Positions 1 to 14,490 are shown, numbered from the stretch's first letter. The stretch: 64,000 bases of DNA from Iphione sp. A-MEVVRFRX5 (GCA_976226885.1 OZ320315.1:40858001-40922000), one strand, 5' to 3'. The notes: generated from the sequence alone by a model not told the origin. Translations and numbers: made by a program.

Positions 1-249
1 ATTTCAAGGAAAAGCTAATATTTTCTTCCTTTGGCCGTGCTGTTTGCAATATTAACGATAAATTTTTTATGTTCTGAGTCAGCGATGCTCCTGACCATAT
101 TTGCCACCAAACAAAGTGATTCGCCATGCTTCTGATCATCATACTTTTTGAATAGGTTTCAGCCTAAGCACAGGAGCTTAAGCTCTGTGTCGAGGCATAT
201 GCATGTTTATGTACATGTTTTGTGTCTGTTTTTGTATGACTGCAAGAAA

Positions 250-1800
250 ATGTAATCTACAGAATTCCCATCCTTGGTATCACGTTTCCCCTACTTACAA
301 ATACCTCTCACCTCTCAATTCTAAGGAGGGTAAACCCAAGAGTCTCCTTACGGCTAAGAAGGATTTCCTAGTCTTGGATGTACCTATTGCTACCAGCTTG
401 GCAAGCGTTTTGAAAGCAACCTCAGGGCCATCCATTTGCTGCTTGCTTTTGAAGATTATTAATGGGAGTATGAAAGCTTTAAACAGCCTCATTCTTTCCT
501 GTACATTTAGGTAGTAATCACATTTACTCAGCATATAATATAGCCTCTCTGCTTTGTCTTTCTTTTCGTCATATCTGCTGATTGCTTCCAGCTCAACTTA
601 TTATCAAGATGGATCCCCAGAAACTTACAATCTTGAACCTTCTTAATGGTGCTACCCGACAGCCGTATTTTGAAATCTAGGCTAGTTGACTGCCCCAAAA
701 CCATGTATCAGGTTTTATAACTATTCAGAAGGAGGCCATTAGACACCCAATATGATTCCACATCCCCTTTTGCATTTTGACGCCATAGCATTACTTGCTA
801 CATTGGTCACTGTTATATTATCCACATGCAGCATCAGCTTTCCTAGCAGTAGATTTGCTGGCAACGTATTCATTACAACGGAGAACAGCAAGGGTCCCAT
901 GAGGCTACCCTGTGGCACCCCATATCTAACTGGCAAAATTCAGGAGGAAGTGCTATTGCACCAAACAAATTGAGCTCTTCCTTCAAAGATAGGATGAAAA
1001 CCACTTGAGTGCCACCTGCTCTACCCCTGCATCACAGAGTCTATGGAGCACCCTCTGAGGCCGAATTGTGTCAAAGGCTTTACTCATGTCACGAAATACC
1101 GCTCCCACGTGCGTTTTATCATCCAGAGCTTGGTACACATTTCTTAGGAATATTGCTATAGCAGTGGTGGTGACCCTATCCCCATGGAACACGTGCTGTT
1201 CATCCCTGAAAAAGCCACTCACTTTCAGGTTCGTAGTCAGTTGAGAATGGACGATACATTCAATCAATTTTCCCATACTGTGTATTATAGAAATGGGGCA
1301 ATAATATAACAACTTAAGGGTTAACATTGCTTGAGGAGTGGAGTTACTCTGGATGTTTTGCAGCAGGTACATAGTCAGTTGACAATGGACATGGAATCAA
1401 TTTTCCCATACTGTGTATTATAGAAATGGGGTGATAATTTGAACAACTTAGGGGATAACCTTTCTTGAAGAGTGCGGTTACTATGGATGTTTTCCAGCAC
1501 TGCAGAAATTCTCTATCGGACAAAGTTTGGTCCCTTGCCGGCTCAATGCAGATAAGGAGGGCATCTCTCAATACCGCCATTGGTATATCGTTGATGCCTC
1601 TCGGTTTTCGTAGGTTCACAACCAGAATAAGTTTGCTCAATTGCGATACTGTAACAGGTTTAATACCCCAGTGCCCTGATCGTTGGTTTGGACCTAAAGT
1701 AAAGCTGAATTGTGAGGCGATTGGCTCTGGCTGACCGACGAAAAACTCATTTAGGGAATCTGGGACCTCGGTTCGGTTCAACGATACACCCTCATGGATG
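250..1800 (-). mobile_element. Decayed non-LTR retrotransposon (CR1/L2-like LINE) ORF2 reverse transcriptase fragment
   Basis: Broken minus-strand ORFs carry colinear LINE RT motifs: NYHPISIIHSMGKLI (1344-1781), VGAVFRDMSKAFDTI...LKWFSSYL (983-1372), YGVPQGSLMGPLLF...HVDN (739-936), RLFKAFILP (295-534). Multiple frameshifts and stops. Confidence 0.85.
1230..1470. repeat. Internal tandem duplication (period about 135 bp) inside the LINE relic
   Basis: caattttcccatactgtgtattatagaaatgggg occurs near 1265 and near 1398, with similar flanks (tagtcagttga.aatggac upstream, aacaactta downstream). Confidence 0.75.
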
Positions 1801-4399
1801 AACTAAATTTCAGGCCTCGCTCTGTTTTTCATCAGAATGTCGGAGTTTATTAGCTGCCAATATCCTTTATTATTGGAGAAGTGGGCCTTAAAAAGTAAAC
1901 CACAATATATACTTGATGAAGACATTTTTGTGTCTCATTCCTCATTTTCCCATACAGTTACATATTGTTTTTTGTCCTGCAAATATTGGCAAAGGTTTTT
2001 GTTTCAATGTACTAAAATACTCCAAAGTGCAGACGGATTGGCAAACAAAACATTTGACAGTGTAATATCTAGAGTGGAGGTCGATACACTCTCTAAACAA
2101 CTATGACACTTATCATTAGGAGACTCCTATGTATATCGTCTGGGAATGCTCAGGACTTCTGGCCGAAACGAAGTGACACGCAGATGTGAAGACATAAATA
2201 TTCGTGACATAAGCTGGTCAATGATTCACCTCTCCCTGCCCTGCTGGCGGCAGTGTAAGACGTATAAGACTCTGGGAGATGGATTGCAGGCGAGACAACA
2301 CACAGGGCCCCACCCTCGCAACCTGCCCTCCCCCCACCGCGCATGAAGCCCTCAGAGCAGCCAACCCCCCCTACCTCAAGCGCCCTCTTTTGGCCATTCA
2401 TATCCGCCAGGCTTATCTTGCTGCTTAGTCATTCCGGCTGCGTTTCCAGGGTAGCGTCCAATTTCAAATCCTGACTATAGGTCTCCGTTATTGACGGATG
2501 CTTGTTAGAAGGCAGGGTGGGAACGGCGTGGGATGGGGTGGGGGGAAGGGGGGCAGAGCCAGAGACGTGGAACTGACTGAGAGTACCGATGACTGCCTAC
2601 TGCAACTGTGTGATCTTTGCTGAGCTAAAATGACTGCCTTGTCAAAGAAGAAAAAGCAATTTGCCACCCCGCGGGGAGATCGGACAGGCGCGGCCATCGA
2701 AAGAGGTAGTTGTCGGAGGTGTGCAGCAGAGGGGGGGGGGGGGCGGGGAGGGAAGGGGAGGGGAGAGAGTGGGGGCTAACAGAATGTTGAGTAGTGCAGT
2801 GAGAGGCTGCCGTTGGCTGATGCTTGCTTTTTGGCTGCTGCATTTGGCTGCCGGCTGTGGTTGATCTTACGTCTGGTTTCCCTTAGAGGCTACATGCCTA
2901 TATTTCATGATTCAGACCTTGATTATTAATATTTGCCTGCTATTTACTTTCCACTCTTATCGTTACACGTTGGGTACACCAACTACTGACAAATATTCGA
3001 ATGGATCTCAGCTTAAAAAAGGTCCTCCGTATTTCATTCACAACTTAACGTAGATTGAATGGGTTAAGTATAATTTTCATCACAAAAAAGCTCAAGAAAA
3101 AAGCTCAAGGTTCCTTCATCTATCAATTGGCTGCTTTCGGTAAAGCATCGTTTACGATTAAATGATGTATGCGACATGATCGTTGTAAGGAAACATACCA
3201 GACGGTGATGACACCCCGCATTGGAATTAAATAAGGATCTACTGGAGTCCTCATGGCCTAAGATAGCTTCTTTGGAATGAAGTATTTCAAGGATTTCTCA
3301 AGAAATATCGCAACGAGGAATATTTATATACATGTATAAACGTTCATGTGTATGCCCTTGCACCCGACCTTTATATAACCACTTTAAGATGGTCAAACGC
3401 CTTATTTTTGGAGGAATATACATAATGTATATAATGGAAGCAAATATACATATCTATCGTATACATGTTCAGATATTATACAAGGAAGGCGATGATAACT
3501 GCCACGCAATACAGACTGTTAAAAATAATCCTAGTGTTATTATATCAACGTTGGATAGACGGCTTTGAGAGTCACCCGTGCTGGTTTACTCTGTATTTTG
3601 TCGATGGTTCAGCCTCGAGAGGCAGGCATTATTGTTTTCTTTGATTTGATTACGGAGAAGCAATCTGCAGAGCCCTTGCCTTAAATCTACTATAAGTGCC
3701 TTCTTCTACGCTTCTAATACTACGTAGTGTGTACCTGTTCTTTATTCTTTTTGTGTGATGCATTGGGTACTTTGTGTTTCATCACAATCAATTTGGTCGG
3801 GAGATATCTGTGTAGTGTGATGATGGTCACAAATAACATTTTTCTACCCATATAGTGCTTCATAGAGGAGAGTCGACTGAGGGATCTTGGCCAGTGTTGA
3901 CTTTGCTGTGTGGCTGTGATTTCGGTACATTTGGCTGTGATTGGGTGCAACTCTCCACTGCCATTGCGTCGTGTTCCTTCATGTGGCATACTCTGAACGT
4001 TTTTTTTGTCCTTTGTGTTGTTAGCAAATGGAACCAATGCCATGCCATTCTGCGCCAGCTGATAGTAATGACACTTCCGCGATGCCCGTTTATCTGTTGA
4101 TAAGAATATTTACTGAAACTCCTAACTTCCTGCTAAAATACTCGCGGCTTTGAGAGGCATCCACACTATCTTCAGCTTTGGCTTTTTTTTAATGATGTAC
4201 ATACCACTTAAGATTTTCTGTCTACACTGAAAAGTTGAAATATCTCAATTCTTCCCTTCTTTGCTGTTGGGTCTCGCAAAATATACATGTAGGGCATTCA
4301 TTTCTTTACTCCTTAGATTTAATGCTATTATCTTAGTCCATCGTATGGTTCTTGCCACTGATTTTACTGCTGGACGTTGGTTTCGCTGGCCATGTCCGG

Positions 4400-5100
4400 C
4401 CCACCATTAGATCACTGGAGATGGATGGCTTCCACCGCTGCCACTTGGAACACGGCCGGTGCAGGCGGAAGGGTCAGAGAGGCATGTCAACTTGGACAGC
4501 ATTCCAGAGGGTCCCAACCGCCACTGCCCACGTGACAGGGTTTTTGGAGCCGAGGGTCCGGGGGAGCATCAGCGAGCAATGAGCAAGGCCAGTGAACATA
4601 TTATAGTCTAGCAGGATGTGTTTGATGGGGCCAGGGGAAATTGAGGCGATGGTTGGACCAGTCACGTTCAGGCAGACAGGGTAGACCAGCGACCCCAGCA
4701 GACAAAGCTGGGGTCAGGGAGCTGCATGAGGCCGCACCAAAGTATACATGGCGCAGATCAGGCCGGTCAAGCAGAGGTAAATGTTCACGGTTAGAACGAT
4801 AAAATGTCCTGGCGGTTCATACGCAACATTATTGGATGACTAAAATGCTGTGGTGAACCAAAAGGTGTATATTTGTCGATGAGGTATACGGCCGCATGTC
4901 AGCTTGTACAATGTGACTAACTATGAGGTAAGGATGGGGTCTATTATAGAGGATGGTTCGAGAAGGCCAAAGAAGGTCTAGGGCGTTCAGGTAAGACTGT
5001 GTAGAACTTAAGTAAAGCGTGATAATTGATAGCAGCGGTGCCGGGCGAGAGGCGAAGGTGGACATTGCGCTGAGAGGGTGCAGCCACAGGCGTGGCCAAC
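4400..5100 (-). mobile_element. Decayed LINE ORF2 C-terminal fragment
   Basis: LYLSSTQSYLNALDLLW resembles the LY.sl..S.L.Y...vW block; TLWNAVQVDM resembles the terminal .lWN.LP motif. Weak similarity. Confidence 0.35.
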
Positions 5101-7729
5101 ACCTACGATGTATGGGGATACACGGCGGGCCAGCTCAGTGTGTTATCTCCGGCCAGCGGGGGCAAAGACGCCTGCCCCGGTGCCGGTACTGGCGGCCCCT
5201 CGACAGGGTGTCAGGATCGACGAAGCTGATTTACGGCGATGGGTTATAAAACTTTGGTCAAACCAGAACAAACTACCTCCCTAATGAAAAGGCCGAGGCA
5301 CTCGTATATGATGCGACTGTCATCCGGTTTAAAAACCTATTTTTCGTTGCACAATCCAGCCACATTTTTATCTTTTGAATTTTCATCTTTTGTTTCCTTG
5401 TTGTCTCCACCCCACTACCCTGTCTTGTTTCGGATATTATTTGTTCCCTTCCTAACCGATCTCCATCTTGTCGCCATGTGCCCTCCCCCCCACTCTCTTG
5501 TTCCTTTCCTCTCATCTAAGCCAGTCTGGCCTGCAGAATGCGACCTCCCCTCGCGGACCTCGCCCCCTACCGGGCAGTTATTGACTGATGTATTCTCAGT
5601 CCCAGTCATGCGGACTTCTGCCGAGTCAGGCGGTCGATCAGCAAGAATACAAATGTGAACAAGCAAAATACCACGCAATAACAGGCACAGCAAAAGCCAA
5701 TATAGTGTGCATACCTCTGGGATTGTCGAGTCACAGTTCTTTTGAATCATAGTGTCGTGTTTCCATTTTGGATTAAGGTGAACTGCACGACTTAAAAATA
5801 CTTGGCCTGACATTTCTCCTGCTCATAGTTACATTATTTGCTGAATTTGATCCATTTTATAACATCTAAAGAAATGACATATCGTGAATAAATGCCCTCA
5901 TTTCCTGCACTCTTTAATTAGCTTCACAGAATTATAGAGTTTAGATTATAACGCCTGAATATAACAACCTCCCTTTGATTTGAAATTACATGTACATCCA
6001 GCAGGTCTTGAGTAGGGGTCTGATGCTTTACCAGGGGCTCTTGTCCAAAGCATTGCCGACCTGCAACTGGCCAGGTGTGAATTTCTGTCACAGTGAATGC
6101 TTCACTGCAATAAATACAAATCCTTATTTTTGCAACAATACCCACTGCAAGTGACAAGAAAAGCGGAATCGGGTGGTAAGACCTTTGCGCCTCAGACCCG
6201 TTTGCCGAATGAGAGAACGAGAACGTCCCCTTGGGTCTGAGGCTCAAAATTAAAAATATGTAACTTGAATATACCAATGCTTGTTTACACATGTACCCCA
6301 TGGGGTGGATGGTTTACTTTGAAATGCAAGAAAGCAGACCCACAATAGGCCAGCAAACGATCGTCATTCCTTTTAATCGCAATACAAAAATTTCCGGAGA
6401 AAAGAACATTTGATCACATTTCCCTGTGGACTTTTTCTATAATGACAACGAATTCAATGTGCTGTGTAGCTTGTGGAGTTCAAAGAATGGGTTTATCCAA
6501 ACAGCTAAAATTTTGGCAATACCTCTTGAGTGTCCTCATTTTTTCATAAAGGACTTAAAACACATAAAAGTAGATCATACGATCCAAACGTATCGTTGCT
6601 TGTATAGTCCTTTTGGCAAGTGATACGAAAAAGTTGCATGTTAACCTCGTACTTCTTTTATTTTTCATGTCCTTCCTCTACTGGTTACTTATATAAAATT
6701 AGTATTCCTAGTACATGTACTTGTGTGGCATGAAACAAATACTGTGATATTTCCAAAAGGTAATACGAATTTAAGGCCAGGATACACGTGGAATCTGTTT
6801 GTGTGATGATGCAGCAGAAATATGGCTCTGATGAAGGATGGTACGCCTCTCACGCAAACCATACATATGTCAATGTCTGTGGTGTATCCACTCGCTGTTT
6901 TGTCTCTCTGGTCTTTATAACTGTGATCCTATTTGTCTTCCTCTCTAGATAGTGACCATTTGGGACAAGTCGATTGCAATCAATCTACATGGACGAAAGT
7001 GGAACAGTCGTAAAACACTGGCTAGCCAGCGGTCATGAAAGATTTATATCCAATGATAACTGAATTTCCACTATCCGGTCAATAAAATACAGATAGGACT
7101 CTGCAGTTGATTAATCTTTTTGTTGGCGCAGAAGAGATAAAGGCCGAGACAAATGTCGTCTGCTCAGATGAGCGTCTCTCTTTCACGCATAGTAATGACG
7201 TGGCTGGATGTGAATTGATGCCACTGAATATTTAATGGAACTGCTGTCCTAACAGTGTATGTATGTTTATCGGGAGTCTCGGTATTAGAAAAAATAGTAA
7301 ATAGAAAAAAAGTGTGGCCTGCGACAAGACTTGTGACAAGCTTAGGGTTTTGCCTTCGGGCTGCCGTATCCTGGTGAGTGTGTGTGTATCTATGCGTTTA
7401 GACATATGCCTATGCAATCACCTTTTTTCCCTTCGCAACCGTTGGCTGCCCGTCTTTCTCTAACCAGTGTTCGATTGTGATAAGGCAATTCTTCGTCTTA
7501 AAGACTTTCTCTTATATTTGCCGTTTGTTCTTCCATTAAGTTATGGTGGGAGCATGCATTTTAGGGTCCATAACCACATAACTTACATATTCAGATACCT
7601 GTATTTTGTCCACGTTCTTTTTCGCCTTTGTACCTTTACTAAAAAGTCTTCCCCATTAGTAGCTAGTAACTATTGTTGAAAATCCAGCCCAATTTGGCTT
7701 TAGGGCTCAGCGAGGAGCAGGTGTAGTTT

Positions 7730-8780
7730 TTTAATGAAAGATATTTTAGATAATAAAAACAGGGTCAGGTTTGCATCCTGTATTCTGCCAGAAATGTCTA
7801 AGGCTTTTGATCTGATCGACCATGTAATGAAGTATTATCAGATATCAGGGAGGCTAAGACAGGGGTTCCACAGGGCTCCAGATTGGGACCCTGGATGTTT
7901 CCAGATTCAAGATTCAAACTGTTTATTTACATTCTCGAAATTGCATTACAAAAATGAAATTAGGGGCTCTTCCAGCAAACATGTTTAGTATTAGGATTAT
8001 TGATTTCTTTACTATTTCTTTTCTAAATACCGTTGTTCTCTATACAGATGATGTAAGTATTGTAAGTTGAGCTAAAAGTAAGGCACAACCTACATTGTCT
8101 GCAGTAACTGACTGGTATAGTCATAATAGCCTTGTTTTAAATAGAAAAAAGTCGAAATATAGGACGTTCGGTCGAGCAAGACCATTTGAGAAAGTCAGAT
8201 TTTACAAATTTCTGGGATATTTATTAGATGATAAATTAAAGTGGGACAAACTGATAGACCATAAAATTAAAATGCTGACAATGACAATGTATTTAGGCTG
8301 AGTTAAATATTTATTCAATATAGAGATGAGGAAAAGAATTGTGCATTTGTTTCCTGACACAACATGTGGATTATGGCCTCCCGTTTTTTGGTGGCTGCTA
8401 GGAAACATGTATATGGTTAAGTTGACTAAGGTGTAGTATAAGGCAATTAAGCGCTGTATTTGATCCTACCACGTATCTAGTGAGGAAGTAAGGTTATGTT
8501 TAAGAGATCAAATAATGATAGATAAATGAACAAACTGAGATATATGTTGTTATTACTAATAGCTATTCTATCGAATTTGTCTATTTGTAGTCTAGGCCAG
8601 CTGGACGTACGACGATTGAGCTGTAAACCTCAAATTGCTCTTGTTAAGCCGATGCCACAAGTGTATTTCGCTAGCTTTGTCTATGTTGGAGGAGTCGAGT
8701 GGAATCACCTTCCCTTTCTGATGCTGGATAATTCAAGGCGAAGTTTGAAGATTAGGCTAGGTTTTTATTGTGTCTGATCC
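7730..8780 (+). mobile_element. Decayed LINE reverse transcriptase fragment
   Basis: In order: EMSKAFDLIDH; YTDD at 8041-8052; WYSHNSLVLNRKKSKY...YKFLGYLLDDKLKW; GVEWNHLP. Heavily interrupted. Confidence 0.75.
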
Positions 8781-9849
8781 CCATTTGACAATGAAGTTTT
8801 GACTAGACTGCCTGACTATGTACTGAAAATATTGGAGACCGATGATGTATTTGCTCAATGGACTGCTTAAAGTCTTAACTCTGCCTGTATAGATACATTT
8901 CGTGGGCTACTCAGTCGCCAACCACACCTCTTGCAAGGTGCACGTGTCAAATTATCTATTAGTTTAATTACTGCACGAATGCATGTGAGCAAAAGATTCC
9001 CTTTTCGTGTAAAAGCACTTCTGCTGCAACTATATATACACATACCTGTTTTCCTATGATTATCTTAGCTCATTGAAAGGACAAGCGGTTTCATTGAAAG
9101 TATAATTACCCTGCTCTTTGTTGAAACTCTCTCGATTCATCCCAAACCCGCCTTATTTTTCACCCCCTCGCCCTTACGTCTGTCCATTTACTTGGCTTGC
9201 TGTCTAATTTGCATCTAATAAATTACTGTGTGTGCCTCGTTTCTCGCCGCCAGCACGCACCGCCTGTCTCCCCTGGGTGCTCTAGTGGTCGAGAGGTAAT
9301 TCGATTACTTGCTTCGCTTCGGTCCTGCAGGGGAACCTATTGAAGTCTAAATGCTAATGTAGGCGAGGGTCTGTAAGGGTTTGACGGTGGGGGTGGTCTG
9401 GGCGACAGCAAACAGGCATTTCCAATGGAGGGGAGCAAATGCTTACTAACTAGAAGTTGTGAATATTCCCGCAGGTTTCATCTTCTAATTTTAACCAGGC
9501 TTGTAGACTTAATCACAACACTCGTTACTCGTCGAACATGAACAGGCTTTGAATTCCTCCCTTCAGTTAGTGCCGCACAGACGCACGGAAACTGCAATGA
9601 AACGCAGGAGTCAACGCACCTTGTGGCAAGCTTTTATTTACAAAATACTCATGAGAGTCGTCATGTTGGAGATCATGAGGAACGTACAAAGAATCTACTC
9701 TTCCACGTATAGTAGGTTCTGCCATATAAATATATATATATCTTTATATATATATATCTATATGACATGTCGTGATGGAAGAGTGTAGCTAACCGCAGCA
9801 AGTAAGAGCACGTATTCTATGAGCAGAGCTGTCAACCCGAGCAATGTGT

Positions 9850-10080
9850 TGACATCGACTCTGGCGGTGGCAGTAAAACTGATAGTGCCAATGAAACTGA
9901 CAGCAACGCCGACACTGGCAGTAACACTGACACATACAGCGACACTAGCACCGACAAGACCATCGATGTTAACAGTGAAATATGTTAAACTAATACATTA
10001 CTCTGACAATGACGGTGGTAATGGCACTGAGGGTGACGTCGACACTAACTGTGACATAACCACTGTGTGTGTAACAGTCA
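9850..10080. repeat. Degenerate 6-bp-period low-complexity repeat (gacact/ggcagt-like)
   Basis: Recurring gacact, ggcagt and actgac hexamers; translates only to D/T/S- or T/L/A-rich low-complexity peptides. Confidence 0.5.
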
Positions 10081-10399
10081 TCTGTAACCTAGAGAGATAA
10101 AACTGTCTACATGTCTTGGGGACCAACAAAAGTAGAAGGCAATTGCCTAAATCAGCCTGTTCAGTCGGCATCGCCGTGATTTAATGGCACTGAAACGAAC
10201 TTAACACAGGAGTGAGTCCAATGGAAATCAACATCATGATGCCATTGAATGACATTTGGCAATGTAAGAGTAAAATAATTATATACATTTACTCAGAATA
10301 CCACATCGCTTAAACTCGCTTGAAAGAAATAGTTGACATTGTTCTAAATACGGATGTTGACAGCTCTCTGAGACAAATGACAGATATTGCCATTTAAAA

Positions 10400-11050
10400 C
10401 CCTGGATCATTTAGAAGAGCTGCAGATTTTAACTATGCCCTAGAAGTAGAAGGATTGCACACACAACCGTGCTAGAAGTGTTGGGAACAGCATCAGCTAA
10501 TAAAGGACACAATGGCAAAGTGTCCAGCACTATTCTTGTACACTAAAAGCTTAACATATATCCATTAAGTCAATTTGTACTGATAGGTACGCAGGGGCAA
10601 TAGTCCGAGCTTTCAGTTTGTCTAACTGAAAGAGCATGGGGACAAGACGTAGAATTTCGAAAGCTTGTCGATCATTCAGAAATGATCCCAATCCCCAATT
10701 ATTGCAACCATTTCCTTTGAAAAAAAGAACGTTTTAAAGTGGGGAGAGCCCATTGTCTAATGAGAGAATATAAATACCAGAAGCCACAACAGAAAAAACA
10801 AACATTGCCAAAATTGTATGACTGACATAAAGATTATACCGTGCAGACACGTCTACTTAATTAACAGCACCATCTATCAAATCAGCAGGGAGTCGGCTCC
10901 CGCACTGGGCGAGGGTGCTCTAATGCAAGCATGATCTCCATGCCAAACTCGCTTTTCAAATTCAGCATGACAAGATACATGAGTAAACAAAGGCTAACCC
11001 ATGTGTTTTTTTTCTTCACATCAGAGATGTGCTTGTGCTACGAAAACAAT
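10400..11050 (-). mobile_element. Highly decayed LINE RT/C-terminal fragment
   Basis: Minus-strand pieces YLYSLIR, KLGLLPLR, RTIAPAYLS and LVMLNLKSEF resemble LINE ORF2 motifs; no intact ORF. Confidence 0.35.
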
Positions 11051-11899
11051 GTCGTTACAATCATCGCAGGTTGAGGTAACTAAACGCCTTATTCCACATA
11101 CTAACTGACGCACGCTTAGATCATTAATCCTCTCAGATATAAAGGCAAATCGTCCAGGTAACATCCAAGCCGGATCATCGTGAGTGGGGAACCCTCATCA
11201 AAGTTTCAGGTTGTCAAAACAATCGATTCAATACATTACGTAATGCAAACATCGGTGGCCACATAACAGGAAACCTCACATTCCTTAACAACATGCCATC
11301 ATAACGAACCATGTAAACTGAGATCAGATCGCAGGAGCCTTGCCATTAAATACAACGTATTAGTAGTATAGGCACTCCGACTCTTGCCTTGTGCCCTCTA
11401 GGGCCTTATTATGCACAATATGCGCACACGACAACACAAACACTTGCTCCAAATGAGAATTCCTTCCTCGGACAGCATGTCTGCGAGGGCAAATCGCATG
11501 GAATTCTGTCAAATTGTAATAAACTGATTCATAATGGGATGGTTTGGTCTATTTCTCATGTGAAAGGGGAGGGAAGCCTATTATAGAGCTTAGTCAAAGT
11601 ACTGACAGCGAAGCTGAATTTATCATTACCGTCGCCTACTCTTAATTACGCAACATCTACTAGGATGTCTCCCAGAAAATAAACTGGGGGGATCAAAGAT
11701 AAAGGGTGGAGGACCGTGGATCATATATTAAAGGAACACAGGTACATCTATAAAGCGAAAGAAGCAGGGATCGGGGAGAGACAGAGAAACCGACAGGGAC
11801 AGAAAGGACGTGAAAGAGAATGTGTGGCATTAGGATTTTCTTCAAAGCGTCTTCAAATTGTCCGAAGAGCAGAGCAAGTGGTACCTTAATTAAGACCTT

Positions 11900-13250
11900 C
11901 GTGTGTAAGTTCATTATGGCCTCAATCAAACGGCTGTATCCTTGAGCGAGGAAGCTACAAGGGAATGATATGTAAAGCTTTTAAAAGATGACGATCCTTG
12001 CCGCCCGGCTTTAACACTACACACACTAAGGAAGAGGTGAACGTCACTTTGTGGGCCGCGAAGGAGAATGGCTCCTGTCGGCTGAAGCAGCTCATGGATT
12101 ATGGATGCTGATGAGGACGCGATGTGAACGAAATATAAGATTAGTACGTTTGAAAAAAAGGCCAACATTCCGTATAAAACTCGCACAGTGTTAATTGCTT
12201 TGATTACAGGAAGCAAGGGGAAGATGATTGTTTCATGTGGATTTGTTTCCACTGACGCTTTGGTGCATCGGTGAATAAAGTGAATCTGGTTAATATGCGA
12301 TGGTCGGTGCAAATCAGATTTCAGATGGTTGTGGTGTATGAGGACTGTGCAACTTGACTTAACGTCAAACATAATTGTGACAATGCAATTCAACACAGAT
12401 TACTATAGATCTTCAAAATGTTACACACTGAACTGGATTGTGGGCGGAGTGTACAGGTGATTAAGATTAGTGGGATAGAGTCGGTACAGGTGACCGTAGA
12501 GAGACATCTTGGTCAAGACGCCTGGAGCAGTAAGTACTGTGAGGGAAGACCCCACTGGGGGTGGTTCGCTTTTGGAGCCTTGGAATTCAACCAGTCTGAG
12601 GGGACGATGAACAGAGCATAAGCCACAGGCTGACAGAGGTTGTCCAGAGACTTGCTATTGCGTCTGTGGGAGGCAGTGACAAGGAGACGATCGATAAACT
12701 GCTAGGGGAGCAAATATCTTTGAGGGCAGAAGACAAAAATCCTCATTTCGATCTTCACGAGTCTCGCTTGGCAAGGTCCAAATTACTGGGCCCCTCTCAG
12801 ACTGGCGCCATTAGAGATAACGAGGTGGGAAAGTTACGGGGGGGATTAGTGGGGAGGGGGAGGAGACTGGTGGAGATGGGCCAGCAGGAGGAAGGGGCGG
12901 GCTCGAAAGGAGTCTGGAAGGATTGTTCGGCGAGAAAGGGGCTCAGGACAGGCACATGCAGAGAGACAGTACACCGCGGGAGGTTGACCAGATGCCGGGG
13001 ATTGAGGGGAGAGGGGTCTTCAAGAAATACGATAAAGTAACTGAAGGCTGAGAATAAAGATGGAATAACGCGAGGACAAGTGTGAGTGTGATGGTCAAAC
13101 AGGTTATGTGCAAAGTGGCAGTGGACCTGAGGCGGACAGGAGGGAAGGACTAGAAGAGAGCGGGAGGACTGTGGGACATAATGTCGAAAGCAATATTTAG
13201 TGAAGAGTGAAGAGGGTAAAGACGGGAACGTCTAAACGGGGTTGAAGTAC
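11900..13250 (-). mobile_element. Highly decayed LINE ORF2 fragment
   Basis: RLVEFQGSKSEPPPVGLP (equivalent to the v.g..S....GVPQG region, near 12550-12600) and KSFTYHSLVASSLKDT (near 11940-11990) lie in the expected order. Confidence 0.45.
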
Positions 13251-14259
13251 CTGCTAAGATCAATAATGGGCGCGTCCATATCTGAGAATTGATCTCCTGG
13301 TTCCATGCCTATAACTTTTGCTTTAACCCCTTTACTTCTAATTCCTTTCGCTCCCCGGAACTTTCCTTTTCATTCGAAGCATTTGAATGAGGACAATTGA
13401 TGGATACGCTAGTCGTGAAACAAGGAACAAATTCATTGGCATATATTAATACGTCTTCATGCTATGGAAGCTTGATGGCAAAGTTCGAGATTCTAGGCTA
13501 TCAATGTGGATGCGCTTTGTTGGGTCAGATGCATCCAGATAAGCCCTCAGTTAAGAGAACGATATCATATATCATTTGGGGGAAAGTACTAAAGAACAAC
13601 TAAAAACAAAAGAGTTGTGTTAGATAAAAGAAACAGATTTCGTTAAAGAAAAAAAAGACGAAATTGGACAAACGCATGGAACATATGTATGCAAATGCCA
13701 TTCTCTCAACCATGACAAAATATGGAACATTAGCATCGTGTACAAAGTAATCGACTGGAAATTACAACAGATCTCAATAAATTGTCACTAACGAATTAAA
13801 TAGATTCTTTAATGATATTCTCCCTCTTCAGTAGAAGTGATAATGACGCTGGCAAGCAGCGAGAGTTTGACTGACTTTGTAAGTCTTTTCCGGTCTGGGA
13901 TGGCGACAGTCTATGTATTGCTAGTCAGTGATCAGCAATACCGCTGTATAGGGTACCATGGCACTAATGCGCTGGCTGGGGGGAGCTGGCTGGCTGGAGT
14001 ATTCTTCTTCCTTCTTACTACACAGATCGTATTGGCAGTGTTGTCTAGGTGTATGGTCTCTGTTGGTGCTTGTTACTGTTCCTCACCGCTCACGTAGGGC
14101 CAGACTACGCAATCCTCCGCTTCAAATGAGACAATAGACTGGTTGACTAGATAACCTTTTAAACCGGGAGGAAGGCTCAATCTAGCAGGCAGAATGTCTG
14201 TACTGGGGCTGAACGATGCCGTTCTGTCAGGTGGGTCCACAAATGGTCGCATGGTGGCA

Positions 14260-14490
14260 TGCTCATGTATTACAGGTACATGCTCCTGGCAGGGCCTGGC
14301 AAGTATTGGTGATGCTGTTGTGAGGGAGCCACTGACAAACGACTGCTCTATTCCGGCTTTTATTTCTAGTCAAACCAGATGAGCAGGACTCGGACTCACT
14401 CAGTTGCGAAATGCTCACAAAGCTTAAAACCCATATAATGTGCATGTCATCGATATATCGGTCCCTTGCCTGAAGCATCCTCAGCACACC
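14260..14490 (-). mobile_element. Penelope-like element RT relic
   Basis: DRYIDDMHIIW (YIDD at 14446-14457) matches the RYIDDi..iW signature of PLE reverse transcriptases; flanks are decayed. Confidence 0.4.

Noticed and set aside
6828-6865. CTGATGA followed by an AGG/CCT stem, hammerhead-like
   Set aside because: No GAAA after the stem (GCAAAC instead) and no stem I or III; at most a decayed relic.
9207-9214. Octamer ATTTGCAT, possible snRNA distal element
   Set aside because: No recognisable snRNA or PSE nearby; a single 8-mer is expected by chance in 64 kb.
9819-10100. 93-aa T/L/A-rich ORF
   Set aside because: Translation of a decayed hexamer repeat; no domain signal.
14376-14415. CAGATGA...GAAA with a GCAG/TTGC stem
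   Set aside because: Core is CAGA, not CUGA; stems I and III do not form.
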